Shown here: piece by piece, positions 9,380 through 22,385 of the stretch
Layout: each line of letters opens with the position of its first letter
Position numbering within the stretch: the first letter of the stretch is position 1
NCBI GenBank assembly: GCA_032718475.1
Contig: JAUCBJ010001830.1
Coordinates: forward strand, 1 to 32,359
Source of the DNA: Nemertoderma westbladi
Lineage: Eukaryota > Animalia > Xenacoelomorpha
Direction: 5' to 3'
Length of the DNA: 32,359 nt
Position numbers and translations under genes: made by a program
Notes under the pieces: model-generated
Told to the model about the DNA's origin: nothing
Database searches by the model: none
What the model saw: only the letters and a program-made list of their open reading frames with translations

Positions 9380-11899
9380 CACTAGAACAGCTGACCGGTC
9401 AATTTTGACCGTTTTTGGTTTTGAAATCAACATTGTGAGAATTCAGTTCTACTTGGGGTGCTGAAACTTCTTGACTTTTCCTAAATCTTCATTTGGTATG
9501 TCATCAGGGACAAAAAATTTTCTACGGAATATACTCAGGGGGTGTAGTTTTTAGATCATCATGGAAGGCTGAAGCGGTCAAAAATGACCGCAAGGCATTA
9601 TATACTAATTCAAGACTAATAAACAGTACTGCACCCAACCCACATAGTACATATAGGCCTGCTTACAATTATACCTACCGGTACAAGTGTGCCTATGTAC
9701 AGGAACACACTGTCAGTCGGTCTCTCCGCTCTGTACTGTCTGTACCTACTATGTACACACTGAATACTGCAATACTCGAGTCAGCAGTACAAATAGGCTT
9801 ACTGCTGTTCTTGATTATGTCGGTGCGAAAAATATACCCATTGCGGGAACGAGTCCGAGAGTCAATACCGGTGGATTTGATAACGAACGATGGTGAGGCT
9901 TCGCTGGTAAGTGATATACCGGTACCGGTCATCTGCACTGACACCACCTCAGCTGATGATGGTTTCGACTCAGATTGTGGTGTTAGTTCGAGCGCTAGTT
10001 CGGATGGAGAGACTAGGAATTTTGATTCCAACAACCTAAGTTATGATAGTTCTGATCTCGATGAAGACGATACTGGTACCGGTATTTCCGGTTCCGATGA
10101 TGGTGACCTTTTCGAACTGGCTGAAATGATTGGTAAAGATGGGACTCGTTGGTTTAATCTTGAAACTGGAACTCCACATACCGGTACTGCTGGTCGTCGA
10201 CCAGCAAGAAATGTTTTTAGCGAACGTATAGGAACCAAACCATATGTGAGAAATCGTATAACTGATGTTTATTCAGCTTGGAAAGAGTTCCTATCTGAAC
10301 CGATTCTTAGACTTATAACGGATTACACAAATAAATTTGCGCACGATAATTTGGAAATAGACCTTCAATTAACTGTTACTGAGCTAGAGGCACATATTGG
10401 TTTACAATATATTCGCGGAGTTTATGGTAAACACATTCCTCTAGATTCCCTATGGAATAAAGATGTAGGAATCAAGATATTCCCAAATACAATGTCGCGA
10501 GACCGATTCCGCCTAATAAAACGATGTTTTCGGTTTGATGATAAGAGTAAAAGAATGAGTCATTTTGCTACTGATAAGTTCACTCATATAAGAGAGGTAT
10601 TCGACAAGTTTGTGGAAAACTGTTTGAGCAAATATATCCCATCATATTCACTAACGATTGATGAACAATTGTTACCCTTCAAGGGGAGGTGTAATCTAAT
10701 GACATTTATGCCTAATAAACCGGATAAATATGGCATCAAATTTTGGGTTTTGGTTGATCTAGAATCTAAATACGTCGTTAGAATATTGCCGTATCTGGGA
10801 AAACAAGAATCAGAAACCCGTGATGGTCTATTGGGGGAAGATGTAGTTATGCGACTAATGGCAGATCACCTCAACAGAGGATATAATGTGACAACAGATA
10901 ATTTTTTCACGTCACTCCAACTAGCTAAGAGGTTGTATGATAAGAAAACATCTATAGTTGGTACAATGCGTAAAAACCGGAGAGAACTCTGCCCTAAGAT
11001 GCTCGATTGTAGTGGAGGAAATGTCTTCGATAGTACTTTCTTTCATGAACCTGATAGTACAGCAGTTGTTGTCTCTTATCGACGAAAACTAAACAAAAAC
11101 GTATTGCTTCTGTCTACTTTTCATGAAACTCCAACTGTCACTGCCACAGAAAAGAAAAAACCAGAAATTATCATGTATTATAACTCTCAAAAATGTGGAG
11201 TAGACATTTTTGATCAGATGTCCCGGCTCTATACTACTAAATGTGCCACGAGACGATGGCCAATGGCCGTCTGGGGCAACATACTTGATATTTGTCTAAT
11301 TAACGCCCGTGTTGTTTATAATAACGTTACTAATGCTAAGATGTCAAGACGTAATTTCATATTTGCGTTGGTCGATTGTTTGAAGGAGCCATACATGTCA
11401 CAAAGAGATAATTCAAATCTAGAAACTGTTATTTCACCACTTAACAACGTTGTACAAATTACCAAGAAACGGCGTGAATGTCGGACATCCGGGTGTAATA
11501 ACAAAACTAATATTATATGCTTGAAATGTTCTATGCCTAAATGTGGTAACTGTCTAACTGAAATTGAAAAATTTGCTAAAGCCGTATGTGTGCAGTGTTC
11601 ATAAATTCACGTTTTTTGTGCTACAATAAATAAATAAATTCCTATATGTGAATTTTCTGTTATATTACTATATTATTATAATAAATTATTAATATATTAT
11701 ATATAAATTATTATTATAATTAAATATAATATAATAATATAATATAACATAACATAACATAACAACACTAAAATGTAACTACAATGTACAGTAGTAAATA
11801 AATTTTTACTAAACTGTACATTGACAATGAATTTTAAAACCGGTCAAATTTGACCGTCATAGCCTTTCCAGGTTTACCGAAATCTCAGCTGTTCTAGTG
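9380..11899 (+). mobile_element. Full-length piggyBac DNA transposon (2,520 bp)
   Basis: TTAA at 9376-9379 and 11900-11903. Perfect 15-bp TIRs CACTAGAACAGCTGA / TCAGCTGTTCTAGTG. Subterminal palindromes CGGTCA-N4-TGACCG at 9396, 9575 and 11841. Confidence 0.97.
9817..11604 (+). CDS. piggyBac transposase, apparently intact (~595 aa from ATG 9817; alternative ATG 9751)
   Basis: Acidic/Ser-rich N-terminus, MSRDRF, DDD triad (TIDEQ, TTDNFFTS, GVDIFDQ), KPDKYGIK, RRWP, and a C-terminal Cys-rich domain. No stops. The track start at 9493 is TTG. Confidence 0.95.
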   Translation: MSVRKIYPLRERVRESIPVDLITNDGEASLVSDIPVPVICTDTTSADDGFDSDCGVSSSASSDGETRNFDSNNLSYDSSDLDEDDTGTGISGSDDGDLFELAEMIGKDGTRWFNLETGTPHTGTAGRRPARNVFSERIGTKPYVRNRITDVYSAWKEFLSEPILRLITDYTNKFAHDNLEIDLQLTVTELEAHIGLQYIRGVYGKHIPLDSLWNKDVGIKIFPNTMSRDRFRLIKRCFRFDDKSKRMSHFATDKFTHIREVFDKFVENCLSKYIPSYSLTIDEQLLPFKGRCNLMTFMPNKPDKYGIKFWVLVDLESKYVVRILPYLGKQESETRDGLLGEDVVMRLMADHLNRGYNVTTDNFFTSLQLAKRLYDKKTSIVGTMRKNRRELCPKMLDCSGGNVFDSTFFHEPDSTAVVVSYRRKLNKNVLLLSTFHETPTVTATEKKKPEIIMYYNSQKCGVDIFDQMSRLYTTKCATRRWPMAVWGNILDICLINARVVYNNVTNAKMSRRNFIFALVDCLKEPYMSQRDNSNLETVISPLNNVVQITKKRRECRTSGCNNKTNIICLKCSMPKCGNCLTEIEKFAKAVCVQCS

Positions 11900-12899
11900 T
11901 TAAAATACATTTTGCACAGTACAGATGCAACTGTTGCCGGACCTGGTCCTCCGAAAAGAAGACGATGGTTGGTCATCTGGCTTCATGCTACTATGGGGGG
12001 ACCGTATTTACTTACGTAAATGAGCCAGCCGATTGTCGCTGCGGAATCGCTCACCCTGTCATCCATTTCAAACCACAAATGCTACAATCGTCTTTTTTTG
12101 TGGAAACACAAAACTCCAGCTAACTCCCAGTCATCCCCATCAACTCTACTCCGGAACAAGCCAGCGGCGGTGGCTCCAATAACAAACCATCAACATCGCG
12201 AGATTATAACTCTATTTCCCCAAACAATCCCTTTCAACCTCCCACCAACGGAAGCGCACACGGATGACTATTTACATATAACAATGATCTCTCCGAAACA
12301 AGACTCAACTTTGAACTAACTTTAAACGAAAATTTTTAACATATCCAAGAACATGTTAGTAACCATTTACATACTGCTTTGGGGTCTTTAGAGTCTGGCT
12401 TACAATTAACCTCATAATGGAACGCGAAACCTGTGAGGGTTTTCAAATTGACTCCTGTTTTAAATCTAGCGGTAACAATAACCAAATTCTAGATCTGGCG
12501 CTGTCAACCATATTGATCAGCTATTAAGTGTGTTTCTCTGCCTCGGCTCGGGTTGGCGCATAATAGCTATCGAGCAAATAACTATTGAGATTGCGTGATC
12601 CCAACGCAACCCCTATTTAAAGGGTCAAGGCTTTAATAATTCTAAAATATTATTAAATAAACAATGTACTGTAAGCATAGACTGCCCGCTGTGGGATTGC
12701 TTTAAATATACTGTATTGGCCGCCGCGAATTATAAGAAAATTTATAGAAAAAAAAATAATATCAAAAGAATATCAACATATAATCCTTTCTTAAAGATGT
12801 TTGATTTTTCCTATTTAAGTTTTCCAGTGAACAGAGTTAAAGTGACTGGTATTCCCCAGTTCCTGAAAGCAAACCCTTTATACTGTATAAACATTTTAT

Positions 12900-13060
12900 A
12901 TTAGAGTAATACTGAAGAACTGTGGGGCGAGCCACGAAGTGAGTGAGCCTTAGCGTAGTGGTACCATTAATCAACCTGTCGTTCTGTCGTGTTCAATTTT
13001 AAACGTTAATAACTCGGCCAATCTTTGATGAAATCTATCCAAACTTGGTACACATGTTGT
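12900..13060. repeat. Fragment of a non-autonomous interspersed repeat (Helentron/DINE-like appearance); related inverted copy at ~15970-16065
   Basis: CCAAACTTGGTACACATG (13040-13056) matches CATGTTTACCAAGTTTGG (~15973) in inverted orientation, with adjacent TAACTC/GAGTTA and CTGTC/GACAG. Family assignment is by resemblance only. Confidence 0.4.
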
Positions 13061-16000
13061 ATGGCAAAAGTTTAGAAATTTTCCAAGTAGAATTTCCGTG
13101 TGGCCTTCGAGAAGCTAAGATAATAGCAGTTAATTAGTTAATTAAGTTGATTACGGTAAATACACCATTTTCAACCTGCCTTTTAAAGGAAATTAATTGT
13201 TTTACAGTATAAGACTTCAATAATTATACTTAAAAAATATACAGATGTAATCCGCATACTCCATTCTATTATAGTTTTTAATTAGTTCAAGTGATTTGCT
13301 TTAATAATCGTGTCTTTAATTGATCTAAAGTAATTAAACCGGCATAAAAAATGTATTCTCATTAAATACTGCTCATTTATTGGTTAACATCCAAGTTGGC
13401 TTGATTCCCAGCAACACTTGAGGTATTCAGTCAGCCTTGCTTGTAAGAGGCAGACTGCTGCTGCTGCTAGTAGCCATCCATTCACTCACTCTCCATTGAA
13501 CTGGCTGATTGGAGGTGTGTGTGTATCGGGTTCAATGACATTAATATTATTACTAAAGTAACGTCGGGATGTTAATATTCACTGGAGCTATGAGTCTCTC
13601 TGGTTAGTTGAATGAATGAAATAAATAATTGTTTTACTGTTCCGAATATCAATGTTTATTTCTGTAGGCCAACTTACTGTATTATTATTTAATCTAAATG
13701 TACATAATAGTTTAAATAAATTATTTCACAATTTCATTCCAATTCATACTGCTTACGCAACCATGCTAATTAGGTATATTAAATGGCAGGATTGTTTTTA
13801 ATTAAAATTTTTACAGAGCAAACAAGTATATTGTATTTAACTGAAAGTTAATTTATTTCGGTAAGTAGGCCTTGCGGTTTGTTAGTTTAGTTAGTATAAT
13901 AAGTATCAAATATATTACGTGCTGCTGTACAGTAAACGCGGCTTTGCGTTATTGAATTACAGAATTGGCGGTACAAAGTACATTAATAGGGATCAGGCAT
14001 ATTGCATTTATATAATTGTTGTTGTAAATGTACAATAATATGCGCCACTTTTATTTTATTAACTGCAATGTGTATTTCATTTGTACCTGCAACCCATTAA
14101 AAAGGGCAGCTGAACATATCGCGGACAGGCTGACTATTCACCATAACAAAAAAACCCAAATCGCCGCAGTTCCACTTACAGTTCCATATTATTCTGTTTT
14201 GCAATTCAACCCAATTTATCTGCTCTCTGCTACACGCGGTTTTATCCACGAGTTTTGTAAAGTCCCGACTTATCGGGAATGACATGAACTTAGCGTCCGG
14301 AATATTCTGATCAGATTAAATCTACTTGGCGCTGTAATACTGCATCCCGTTGTACCAGAAGTTATTAAAACATACCGGCCCCTCAAATGCGCTTGCAGTG
14401 GGTTAGAGAACAACATATACCGCCCCAGTACAACCGCTATTTTGATAAGGTCCAATATATAATATATATATATATGGTCTAACATATGATAGTTCACTAA
14501 TCAGCTAATAGGCCTATTAATTCGTGAGATTTCAATTTATAAATAAAACTAATATACGAGCTCATATGAGCTCAATTGATTGATTGATTGAAGGTATGAC
14601 CGTTGTTGTGGGGGACTAGGTCTACCTGTCTAGCAGCTAATAACTCGTCCGTGGAGAGAATAATATAAGTCGAGGAACATAACGAAACGCGTTTAATTTA
14701 TTTATTTATTCCAATTGGGGATGCTTTCTAACGCGGGAATGCGGTGCTATTAAACATCAACACATTCCTGCGCGTGCGTCGATATTGTGCACCCTAATAC
14801 TAACAACCCACCCAGACACCCCCTACCCCTCACCCCCCCCCCCCCCCCCCCCATCACCCAACATTACTATGTATAGATCAATGCAGCTCAATATATTAGT
14901 AAAGGTATCGTCTGATTAGCTTTCCTACACATGACCTCTTATCCTTGTAGTTGTTTATTTATTTACACTATTTTTTGTTGAGTAAATCTTTCTGATAGGG
15001 GGGGGGGGGGGGGGGACTTACTCTGGACGAGCGCAACGATTGAACGACGCTTATAATAATTAAGACGAGTACGGCGTTGATTATATTCATATACACCACC
15101 TGGCTTTGCATATTTAACGTGCGATTGGAAATAAGTTCGTTCTACCCTTCCGTGGGTGGTAGATGTCACGGTTATGTATTGGTGGTTGAGAAGGGTGGGG
15201 GGGGGGGGGGGGGGATTAAAAGGGGTGAACACGTACTGTCCCCCTTTCTTTGATTGATTGGTGGTGTGGGTAAATTTCTCAAAACCTGATTTTGTGATAC
15301 AGTCGCTTAATTTTAATTTGTATCTCATAACTGGACCTCGTGCTGCGCGAAGGCCCCACGAACGTGTCCATTCTAAGTCAACCAGAACCGATGAGGTTGT
15401 CTACGTGTTTTACAACAACCTCCCCTGTATCATAAACTCATCAACTCTCTACAAAAAGGAATATCTATCGCGATCCGGAGATTCTATCGCTTACTTCAGA
15501 GTCGCGGTTTCTACGGACAGGAACCGCATTGCCTCGTGAACCTATAGGGGTGGGTCGGTGACTGTCTAGGAGTGGGAAGCGACCGGTTGGAGGGTCGTAA
15601 TAATATATTTTAATCTTAATAATAAGTATTCAACATCAATTATTTTATAAGTCTTGTCAATGTATACGATTGCTAAAGACTACAGAGCTAACTTTAGGAT
15701 AATCTGCTTTATATTTTTAGAATTATTATAATTAATTTTGTTATGTTTATAATGAATTGTATCGTTTGACAAACTAATTGATGGGGGGGGGGGGGGGGGG
15801 GGGGGGGCAATCAATATTCTCCCCTCTACAGGTGAAAATTGAGACAAATAACAGCCTGTTTACTACTAAAATAAAACTGCATCCTGTTCTATAGGAAAAA
15901 TAGGGGAAAGATTATAGGGGAAATTTTAGCAAATTGTGTTTATTTTAGCCAGATATACAAGATACAAGATTACATGTTTACCAAGTTTGGTATAATTTAG

Positions 16001-16104
16001 TCAGAGATTGAAAGAGTTACGATTTTAATGAGTTACATTATTTTGTTCCTCTAAGACAGACGATTTCTGCAAATGTATCAAACAGTCAGCAAGATATTGG
16101 AAAT

Positions 16105-16385
16105 AAAAGTAAATTGAAATTGTGCAATTATACTTCTAAACCTTTATGAACTGAATAAAATTAACTGGAGTAGAGCAATTATATTTGACACCTTTATGAA
16201 CTGAGTAAAAAAGTACCTTGAATTACTGCAATTATACTTGCTTGAGTAAAGCAATTATATTTGGCAACTTTATGAACTGAGTAAAAAAGTAACTTGAATT
16301 ACTGCAATTATACTTAATACCTTTATGAAATGTGTAAAAGTAACTGAAAGTAAAGCAATTATACTTGATACCTATATGAACTGAA
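16105..16385 (+). repeat. Irregular minisatellite (~50-nt period)
   Basis: GCAATTATA at about 16124, 16175, 16228, 16251, 16304 and 16355, with recurring TTTATGAACTGAGTAAAA. Confidence 0.8.
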
Positions 16386-18304
16386 TTCGTATAATTGTAT
16401 TGCATTTATTATATGTATATATGTGAAAATGATTGCACAAATATTTTAAGGTATGAATATGATTTTAATTTAATTATAATTGAATATTTGCATAGTAAAT
16501 TTAAGTAATTAAGTGAAGGAAGGCCTGTGTGTAAGAATGACATTAAAAAAGTGGCACAGTGGAATAAGAGTAACATCAGTACAGTATGTGAGGTGTGAAA
16601 GTACTAGGAGCGCTATTAAAATTAAAATTGAACTACAAGATACGAGTTGTTTCATGCCAGTAACTACTGGGTAGAACTGAGTTATGAGTTCACAACCCAA
16701 AGAGACTTAAATGAATGTGTGAAGTACCGGTACATAATTTAGATAAAAAGGTCAAAGTATCAATAGGAACCAGCAGCCAAACCAAGGGGGTCATGTGGTT
16801 GTGCAATCTATCAGTTTTTACTTTACTTTACTTGCCGTTTTTTCTTACTGTTTTTTATTATCTTTTTCTTCAATACCAGTTTTTAATGGCCTTTTTTTTC
16901 GTATTGGTTTTTATTTCCATTATTTTTATAATGCCTGGACTATCGCTAAGCAGCCTAAGTGCTGCTCCGATTCGCCTCAGATTATAAAAATATTATTTAA
17001 TCTCTTGATTGATATAATTATATATATAAATTTTGTAGGTACTGCAGTAGCAGAACCAGTACTGTGGCAATCCACATTTAGCGGCAGTAGTGTTGTGAAA
17101 CTGGGATGAGAGTATCTGAAATACAGTAGGAGGTAGCTGTGAGACACGGCCAACTGTTAGTATTACTATTGTAGTATTAATTAGTATAGTACTATTGCTG
17201 CTGTAGTATTACTACAGCTAGCATTACTTGCAATTTAGCTATAGTATATATATAAGTATTAGTATATACAGTAGTACTATAGCTATAGTACTGTAGCTAT
17301 GTTAAATCATGGAAACTGGGCTTTAGATTAGATAAATTAATTATTATGATTAATTAATAATTAGATTAATTTAAAGTACCACAAGAGTCACAAGACCACG
17401 GTGGGTGGTCTGGGTGGTTGGGTGCTTTCCAGTGCACAATTCCACTGCTTCCAAACCACATAACTGGTGGCTTAACAGCCTAAGTACTGGCCTACTATGT
17501 ACTGAACTGATATAGCATAGAAGCGACAGGTAGCCGGGCCTATGTTTACAAAGTACTTATGCTTACACCTAAAATCAAAGCAATTAATTAATATAAATAC
17601 GGTTAGAGTATGCTACATTTGCTTCCTGCCTTGCAAAAACTATGAAGAAAAGTGGTCCGATCATGCGATTGATCTACATTCAGACCATTAGCTATCTATA
17701 TATAAAATAACGCAATACCCAAACCCAGAACAGTAATAATGTACAGAATATTGTTGTTGGTTTGCTTATAGGCAGTGCAGGCATAACATGTAACCAAATG
17801 ATAGCCAAGAGTTTAGCCAATCAATGAAGGCCGCTGTAAAAGCTATCTGCTGGTGAGTCATTAGTAGCAGAGTGGAATTATTTGGTGTAACCATCGAAAT
17901 TCATAGGCCCTTCATGAAGGTAGAGAAGTTAACTAATATTGGTTAGATGTAATACAACAGGTTCTATAGGGAGATAGTATAGAACACATTAGTTTGGTAG
18001 GACAGCTGAGTTTGTGAGAGAGAGGTGGGGGTGGGGGAGTGGTGGGCTGTGGGAGTAGTTATTCACTGATTGTCAAAGGATTCACTGGTCCACTAGGATA
18101 CAGTGCTTTAGATCCACAATAATTTTTTTTGTCCGTTGAATTTACTCATTATGTCCGTTGATTTTATCTTTTTATGTCCGCGGAAATTGCTACCGGTAAT
18201 GCCGCTCTCTTAGGCTAATTGTATGGAGCAGTATATTGTAGGTATAAAGCCTTACAATTATACTGTATTATACTACAATATATTCGGATTAGAGGAATGG
18301 TATA

Positions 18305-18553
18305 AAACATCTTTATGTTATCTCCCTCTTCAAACTTGAATTCTTCTATTTTTGCACCCCAAATAGCAGCCCAGATATATCCAGTCGGATCACCTATTTT
18401 AACTTTCATACGTGACCACTCTCTTGTGGAACCTTCAATTGAGGAAGGTCCAGTCATTTTCGGTTCAACTTTGTTTATGTTAACCATAACATTAACAAGG
18501 GAGTTTTTATCACAATCTTTCAATGAGTCCAGTGGTGATATGTTATCACTCAT
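18305..18553 (-). pseudogene. OB-fold (RPA/SSB-like ssDNA-binding) protein fragment
   Basis: MSDNISPLDSLKD..VNVMVNINKVEPK..SRMKVKIGDPTGYIWAAIWGAKIEEFKFEEGDNIK fits the OB pattern (beta strand, D.TG.I...W, GD.I). Degenerates into AT-rich sequence afterwards. Confidence 0.65.
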
Positions 18554-19990
18554 GATGTACAGATCGATGCACTGCACAGTTGAATTAGAAAATCTGATGA
18601 AAGAATTTAGGAATGATGATATATATAATTAATGGGTATATTTTACTGTTTTATATGACAGCTGTCCTGTCCATACTTCTGAGACAAAGAGGCATAAAGC
18701 TCTAAAGTTACACATTTTACAATATATATCCAGGCATGTGAAGGCATAAATATATGGTTCTAAAAAGACTGAACGAATATAGGCAGTTCGAGTCAAAAGA
18801 GCAGAAATTTTCCAGAGATGCTACCGGTACGGTAACATGTGATTTTAACGAAAAGCAAAAATACGGCTAAAAAAATTCGCACCAAAACACTAGCCATACT
18901 CATATGAGATGGCGCTGTGCGGTGCGCCAGCTCAGTGCATTTAAAATTCGCACCGTATACGGTTTGCCTTGTGCGCCAGCAATTAACATTCACGCCGTAG
19001 GCCTACATTATGGAGAGATCAACTAAAATTCCAACTAAGCACTAGTAGGCCTAGGGAGTAGGACTACTCTAGACTACCGGTACTGTAGTAGTACTGTAGT
19101 CAACTTCTTTTGTGTTTCTTACATACAAAACAGTATATACAGTACAGTACAATCAATCTGCTGATCTGTGTAATCAGGCAATTCGGGTAATGATATAAAT
19201 TTGTAACCATTTCGCGTATTGGCTGAAAGCTTCAAGCAATACCTGTGTTGTGATTCTGCATTGTTACCGGTAAATTAAATCAATACAATGTCTTTCAGTT
19301 TGTAATGGTTTGTACTGGATAGGGCCTATTCCTCAACTGATCGCAATGCTACAGTCAGACAGTACTGTAATAGGCCTATTAGCTATTGTCATAATTGTAG
19401 TCCCTCCAGTATCTGTAATCTTCTTATCTGTAAGCATTCTGCACGTGTCAGATGTCTGTGTACGTACAGTAAGCCAGTACAACACATACAGTAGGAATTA
19501 CTATGTTTGAACGACATTTACAGTACTAGCCGAACAAGAATGCACTTGAATGAAAATAAAAGTATTGATACTGGTATTATGCGCCATCTTGAGGACATTG
19601 CGGGTATTAATATATAAGTTCTTGGTTGGGAATTGGTATAGGGATAGCTGGGGATAATACAGTAAGTATCTTATACTGTAGCCATTATAGCCTAAACTAT
19701 TTACTGTATATTGAATACAATTTTATATTACAGTATAAACTAATAGCTGGTATGATACAGTTGTTTATCTCTTATGTTGGCCCTGGGAAGGGCCGTTTCC
19801 GTTTGGGTTGGTTACGGTTAGGGTCGTGTAAAAAATTAGTAGACCTATAGACATTTAGCACGGGTATAGTAGCTTTTGCTCTGACCAAGGAGAAATGGTC
19901 GGTCACTATTTAAAATTCTCCATCGAAATTATGGCTGGTGGCCAGCAATAAGTTGTGTTGTTGTAAAAAAGTTTAGTAAAAATAAGTACA

Positions 19991-20238
19991 TTTTTTTCGG
20001 CCGTTAGGCCAGGGATTACGCACAAAGCGACTTATTTCCAGTGCGGCCCCCCCAGAACTTTACTCCCCAGAGGAAACTCCAGTATTCATTTAGCTACGAC
20101 TTAACGACACAAGGCAGAGATGCGCCCTGGCTAGTCCCTTCAAAGCATTCGTGCCGAAAAGGAAAACTGCCGTGGCCCATGCTGGGATTAAACCCACGAC
20201 CTCCGTGAGATGTGAATTCAATGCAACCACTACGTGGG
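19991..20238 (-). mobile_element. tRNA-derived SINE
   Basis: Minus-strand head CGTAGTGGTTGCA..GAGGTCGTGGGTTTAATCCCAGCATGGGCCAC (A/B-box-like), ~170-nt body, A-rich tail (T run at 19991 on +). Confidence 0.6.
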
Positions 20239-20544
20239 ACCTACAGTATTATGGTGGGTGTTGTGCTTTTCTTAGGTATTCTTAGGTCGAGGGTAAAAGC
20301 ATACATGGTGGCCAGAATCTGTCGAACCTCGAACCAACTCTTTTCAAACCAAGTTCCTGCTATGCTTATTAGCACTAGAGCAACGCCAAAGAAACCTGAG
20401 AAACCCATCTGTCCTTCACCAGCGCAATTTTGGATTGCGCTGTAAGATACAACTACAACTCGTAAAAAGACACAGACGTAGGGCTGGAATACTAGAATAA
20501 ATTTTCTTATCCGTTGAAGTCACTCATTACATCCGCTGATTTTG

Positions 20545-20823
20545 CCCATGTGAAGAATACCAGGTTTTCACTTTTCGGTCTAAATTACATTGGAATTTTA
20601 TACTGTATATGAAGAATTTATATATTTTTTAATATATTCTTATTAAGTGCTTTTTAGGGGACTTTTCAGTCTTATAACATGTGGGGATACTAAATCGTTT
20701 ATTGTTTTGGTTAGATTCAGCCCTTCTGTAACCTGTATTTTTAGTGAAAACCTGGTATTCTTCACATTGGGGTTAACTGCAAAGTGAAATATACGGCAGA
20801 AAATCTGGTATACTTCACATGGG
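20545..20823. mobile_element. 279-bp MITE with CCC termini and a 12-bp target-site duplication
   Basis: TIRs CCCATGTGAAGAATACCAGGTTTTC vs rc CCCATGTGAAGTATACCAGATTTTC (23/25). Flanking direct repeat CCGCTGATTTTG at 20533-20544 and 20824-20835. Extra internal TIR copy at 20743-20767. Confidence 0.85.
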
Positions 20824-21771
20824 CCGCTGATTTTGACTTTCATGCCCCCCCCTCCCCCCTTAAAAGTATTCCTCCAATATCATCATTTGTAAAATTTATA
20901 CAACAAATCTTCAAAAATATACTGTATTTGGCAGGCTATACCTATCAATCTACTAATCGGGAAATTTTGCCGCTAATCACCAAAAATGAGCAAATGAGGT
21001 ACATTTTTAGGGAGGAAATTTCAAAAATTCCAAAATCCAATTACAAAAATAAACTCAAATATTTTTTGCGCTACATTCACATTGAATAACTCTAAAAATC
21101 CACAAGAGGATTTTTTGATATCTGTCCTACTGTACATAGGTCGCAGTCCACGTGCACATTAATTCACTTTTAGGTATTGTATGAAGTCATAAACGATGAA
21201 ATACTGTAGGCCAAATATGAAAAATTCCTCTTGTGGAAACCTCAGCGTCTTTGTGGGACCTTTTTATTATACAGTAAAGTTTTTTTAATTTTGCCAATAA
21301 ATGAATTAATAGATAAAATACAGTAGTAACGTTACTGTTTATGAAGTATCGCAGCAATCAAGCAGAACGAATAAGGCCTTCGAAATCGGAAATTGATGGA
21401 TGACGATAAATTGATGAACAATGGCAAATTGACGGATAATGGTAAACTACAGTATATTGTTAAATAAATGATAATAAACATAATTAATATTTATTGTTAT
21501 TATGTGAAAGGCATAGGGCCTACTGTTATATAAAGGTAATTAGACAAATGAAATGACGGTGAATTTATGTAAAATAAACGGTAACAAATCGAGAACCCAT
21601 ATGTTGAATTGCCATTATCATTACAGGTTACATGTTGTGGGGCCTTCGCGCAGCACGAGAGATTATATTAATATCTACTACAAATAACCTCTGTAAACTG
21701 CAAAATTTAGGCCTATTCACAAAACTTTATTGTAATAATGTATAAGTTATTGTTAAAACTTTTAAAAACGT

Positions 21772-22385
21772 CTTTCAAAACTTATTAAGCATTGATGAGG
21801 ATATATTTAGCGCTATCTAGCGGCGGACCGTGAAATTGTACGACGCCAGAAACTGACCCATTTAATTGAGAACAGTCCATAGGTCATTCTGTGAACATTT
21901 CGTCAAAATATATCCACTGGTTCAAAAATTAAGCATAGATGAAGTTATATTTAGCGCCAGACCTTGAAATTACGCGACGCCAGAAACAGCCTCATTGAAA
22001 TAAGAACATTCCATAAGTCATTCTGTGAAAGTTTCATCAATATTGATGCAGTGGTTCTAAAGTTATTAAACATAGACGAAGTGATATTTAGAGCCTCCTA
22101 GCGGCGGACCATGAAACTGTGGGACACTAGTAACTGTATCTTTTGATTAAGAACATTTCATAGGTCATTCTGTGAAAGTGTCATCAATATAGATGCAGTG
22201 GTTCTACAGTTATTAATCCTAGACGAAGTCATATTTAGCGCCTGCTAGCGGCGGACCATGAAATTGTGGGACACTAGTAACTATATCTTTGAATGACGAA
22301 CATTCGGTAGGTCATTCTGTGACAGTTTATCAAGATTGATGTAGTGGTTCAAAAGTTATTAAGCCTAGACGAAGTGATATTTAGC
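21772..22385 (+). repeat. ~146-bp tandem satellite, ~4 units
   Basis: ATATTTAG anchor at 21803, 21947, 22084, 22231 and 22377. Shared CTAGCGGCGGACCATGAAA and GGTCATTCTGTGAAAG. Confidence 0.9.

Noticed and set aside
9493-9750. N-terminal extension of the piggyBac transposase
   Set aside because: TTG start and overlap with subterminal repeats; ATG 9817 gives a typical length.
11945-11956. TGGTCCTCCG as a BEL primer-binding site
   Set aside because: Short match with no LTR end demonstrably upstream.
12020-12319. 99-aa ORF
   Set aside because: No motif; compositionally biased.
12913-12942. Hammerhead ribozyme core (CTGAAGA..stem..GAAG)
   Set aside because: Lacks GAAA and I could not build stems I and III.
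14097-14450. THAP-like relic on the minus strand (PDAKFMSFP..W)
   Set aside because: Cys/His ligands cannot be assembled convincingly.
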